Assembly: GCF_009914755.1 (NCBI RefSeq) | Contig: NC_060925.1 | Strand: one strand, 5' to 3' | Source of the DNA: the human T2T-CHM13v2.0 reference genome, Homo sapiens | DNA: 64,000 nt | Part shown: positions 62,605-64,000 of the stretch, in pieces | Position numbering within the stretch: the first letter of the stretch is position 1 | Layout of the letters: each line of letters starts with the position of its first letter | Position numbers and translations under genes: made by a program | The notes under the pieces: model-generated | Databases searched by the model: none | What the model was told of the DNA's origin: nothing | Seen by the model: only the letters and a program-made list of their open reading frames with translations

Positions 62605-64000
62605 AACCGTAAAAGTAAATGCACTAAACTCTCCTATAAAAAGGCATAGAGTGGCTCATTGGATAAAAAACTATATCTAAGGATCTGCTGCCTATAAGAA
62701 ACACATTTCAACTATAAAGACATACACAGACTGAAAATAAAGAGATGGGAAAAAATATTCCATGCAAATGGAAACCAAAAAAGAACAGAAGTAGCTTTAC
62801 TTCTGTCAGATAAAATAGATTTCAAGACAAAGAAGGTCATTATATAGTGATAAAAAGGTTAATTCAGAAAGAGGATATAACAATTGTAAATATATATATG
62901 CACCCAACACTGGAGCACCCAGATATATAAAGCAAATATTATTAGAACTAAGGAGATAGATAGACCCCAATACAATAATAGATAGAGACTTGAACATCCC
63001 ACTGTCAGCATTCAACAGGTCTTTCAGACAGAAAAACAACAAAGAAACATTGGACTTAATTTGCACTATAGACCAAATGAACCTCATAGACACCTACAGA
63101 ACATTTCATCCAATGGCTGCAGAATACACATTCTTCTCCTCAGCACATAGATTATTATCAAGGATAGACCATAAGGCCGTAAAACAAGTCCTAAAAATTT
63201 TGAAAATGTTGAAATCACATCAAGACTCTCATCTGACTACAATGGAATAAAACCGGAAATCAATTACAAGAGAAACTTTTGAAATTATACAGGCACATGG
63301 AAATTAAATGATATGCTCCTGAATGACGAGTGAGGCAATGAAGAAATTAAGAAAAAAATTGAAAAATTTCTTAAAACAAATGAAAATGGAAATACATACA
63401 AAAACCTATGGGATACAGCAAAAGCACTACTAAGAGGAAAGTTTATAGCAATAAGTGCCTAATTAAAAAAGTAGAAAACTTCAAATAAACAACCTAATGA
63501 TGCAGCTTAAAGAACTGGAAAAGCAAGAGCAAAACAAGTTCAAAATTATTAGAAGAAAAGAAATAAAGATCAGGGCAGAAACAAATGAAATTGAAACAAA
63601 AAAATCAATGTGATATATCACAAAAATCAACAAAATGAAAAGTTGGTTTTTTAAAAAGATAAGCAAAAGAAAGAAACTTTTAGCCAGCCTAAGAAAAAAA
63701 AGAGAGAAGACCCAAATAAATAAAATCAGAGATGAGAAAGGAGACATGACAACTTATACCACAGAAATTCAAAGGATCACTGGGGACTACTATGAGCAAC
63801 CATATGCCAATAAATTGAAAAACCTAGAAGAAATGAATAAATTCTGAGACACATACAACCTACCAAGATCAAACCATTAAGACACTGGAAACCTGAATAG
63901 ACAAATAATGAGTAGAGAGAGTGAAGCCATAATTAAATGTCTCCCAGGAAAAAAAAAAAAAAAGCCTAAGACCTAATGGCTTCACTGCTGAATTTTACCA
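62605..64000 (+). mobile_element. Older L1 (L1MA/L1PB) ORF2 5' part, endonuclease domain; runs off the window
   Basis: ORF pieces IDQMNLIDTYRTFHP..AEYTFFSSAH...SRIDH and KSWFFKKI; many stops. Confidence 0.92.

Overview
This is primate (human-like) nuclear DNA, intergenic or deep intronic, made up almost entirely of transposable elements. I find no credible cellular protein-coding exon: the supplied ORFs are translations of Alu, L1, ERV or low-complexity sequence. Main contents: about 35 Alu/FAM/FLAM copies; L1 and L2 fragments; MIRs; MaLR LTRs (THE1, MLT1); a one-LTR HERV-L with integrase/dUTPase remnants; a two-LTR LTR8 (HUERS-P1/MER4-group) provirus inserted inside an Alu; solo LTRs (LTR8, MER41A, MER4, MLT2A, LTR40, MER77-like); DNA-transposon relics (MER5A, MER63, MADE2); and a processed retrocopy of the 3' end of the lncRNA GAS5 with poly(A) and a 15-bp TSD. 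The most notable observations are the GAS5 retrocopy, the 5'-truncated HERV-L that still has a perfect 5-bp TSD, patchy LTR-LTR identity suggesting gene conversion, a tRNA-Glu-like relic inside the provirus, a 33-bp inverted repeat around a TA-rich tract, a G-rich 31-bp VNTR with a splice donor in every unit, and an L1PA lacking both tail and TSD. I see no evidence of a new multi-gene system. Family names come from recalled consensus sequences, and boundaries and mismatch counts were read by eye.
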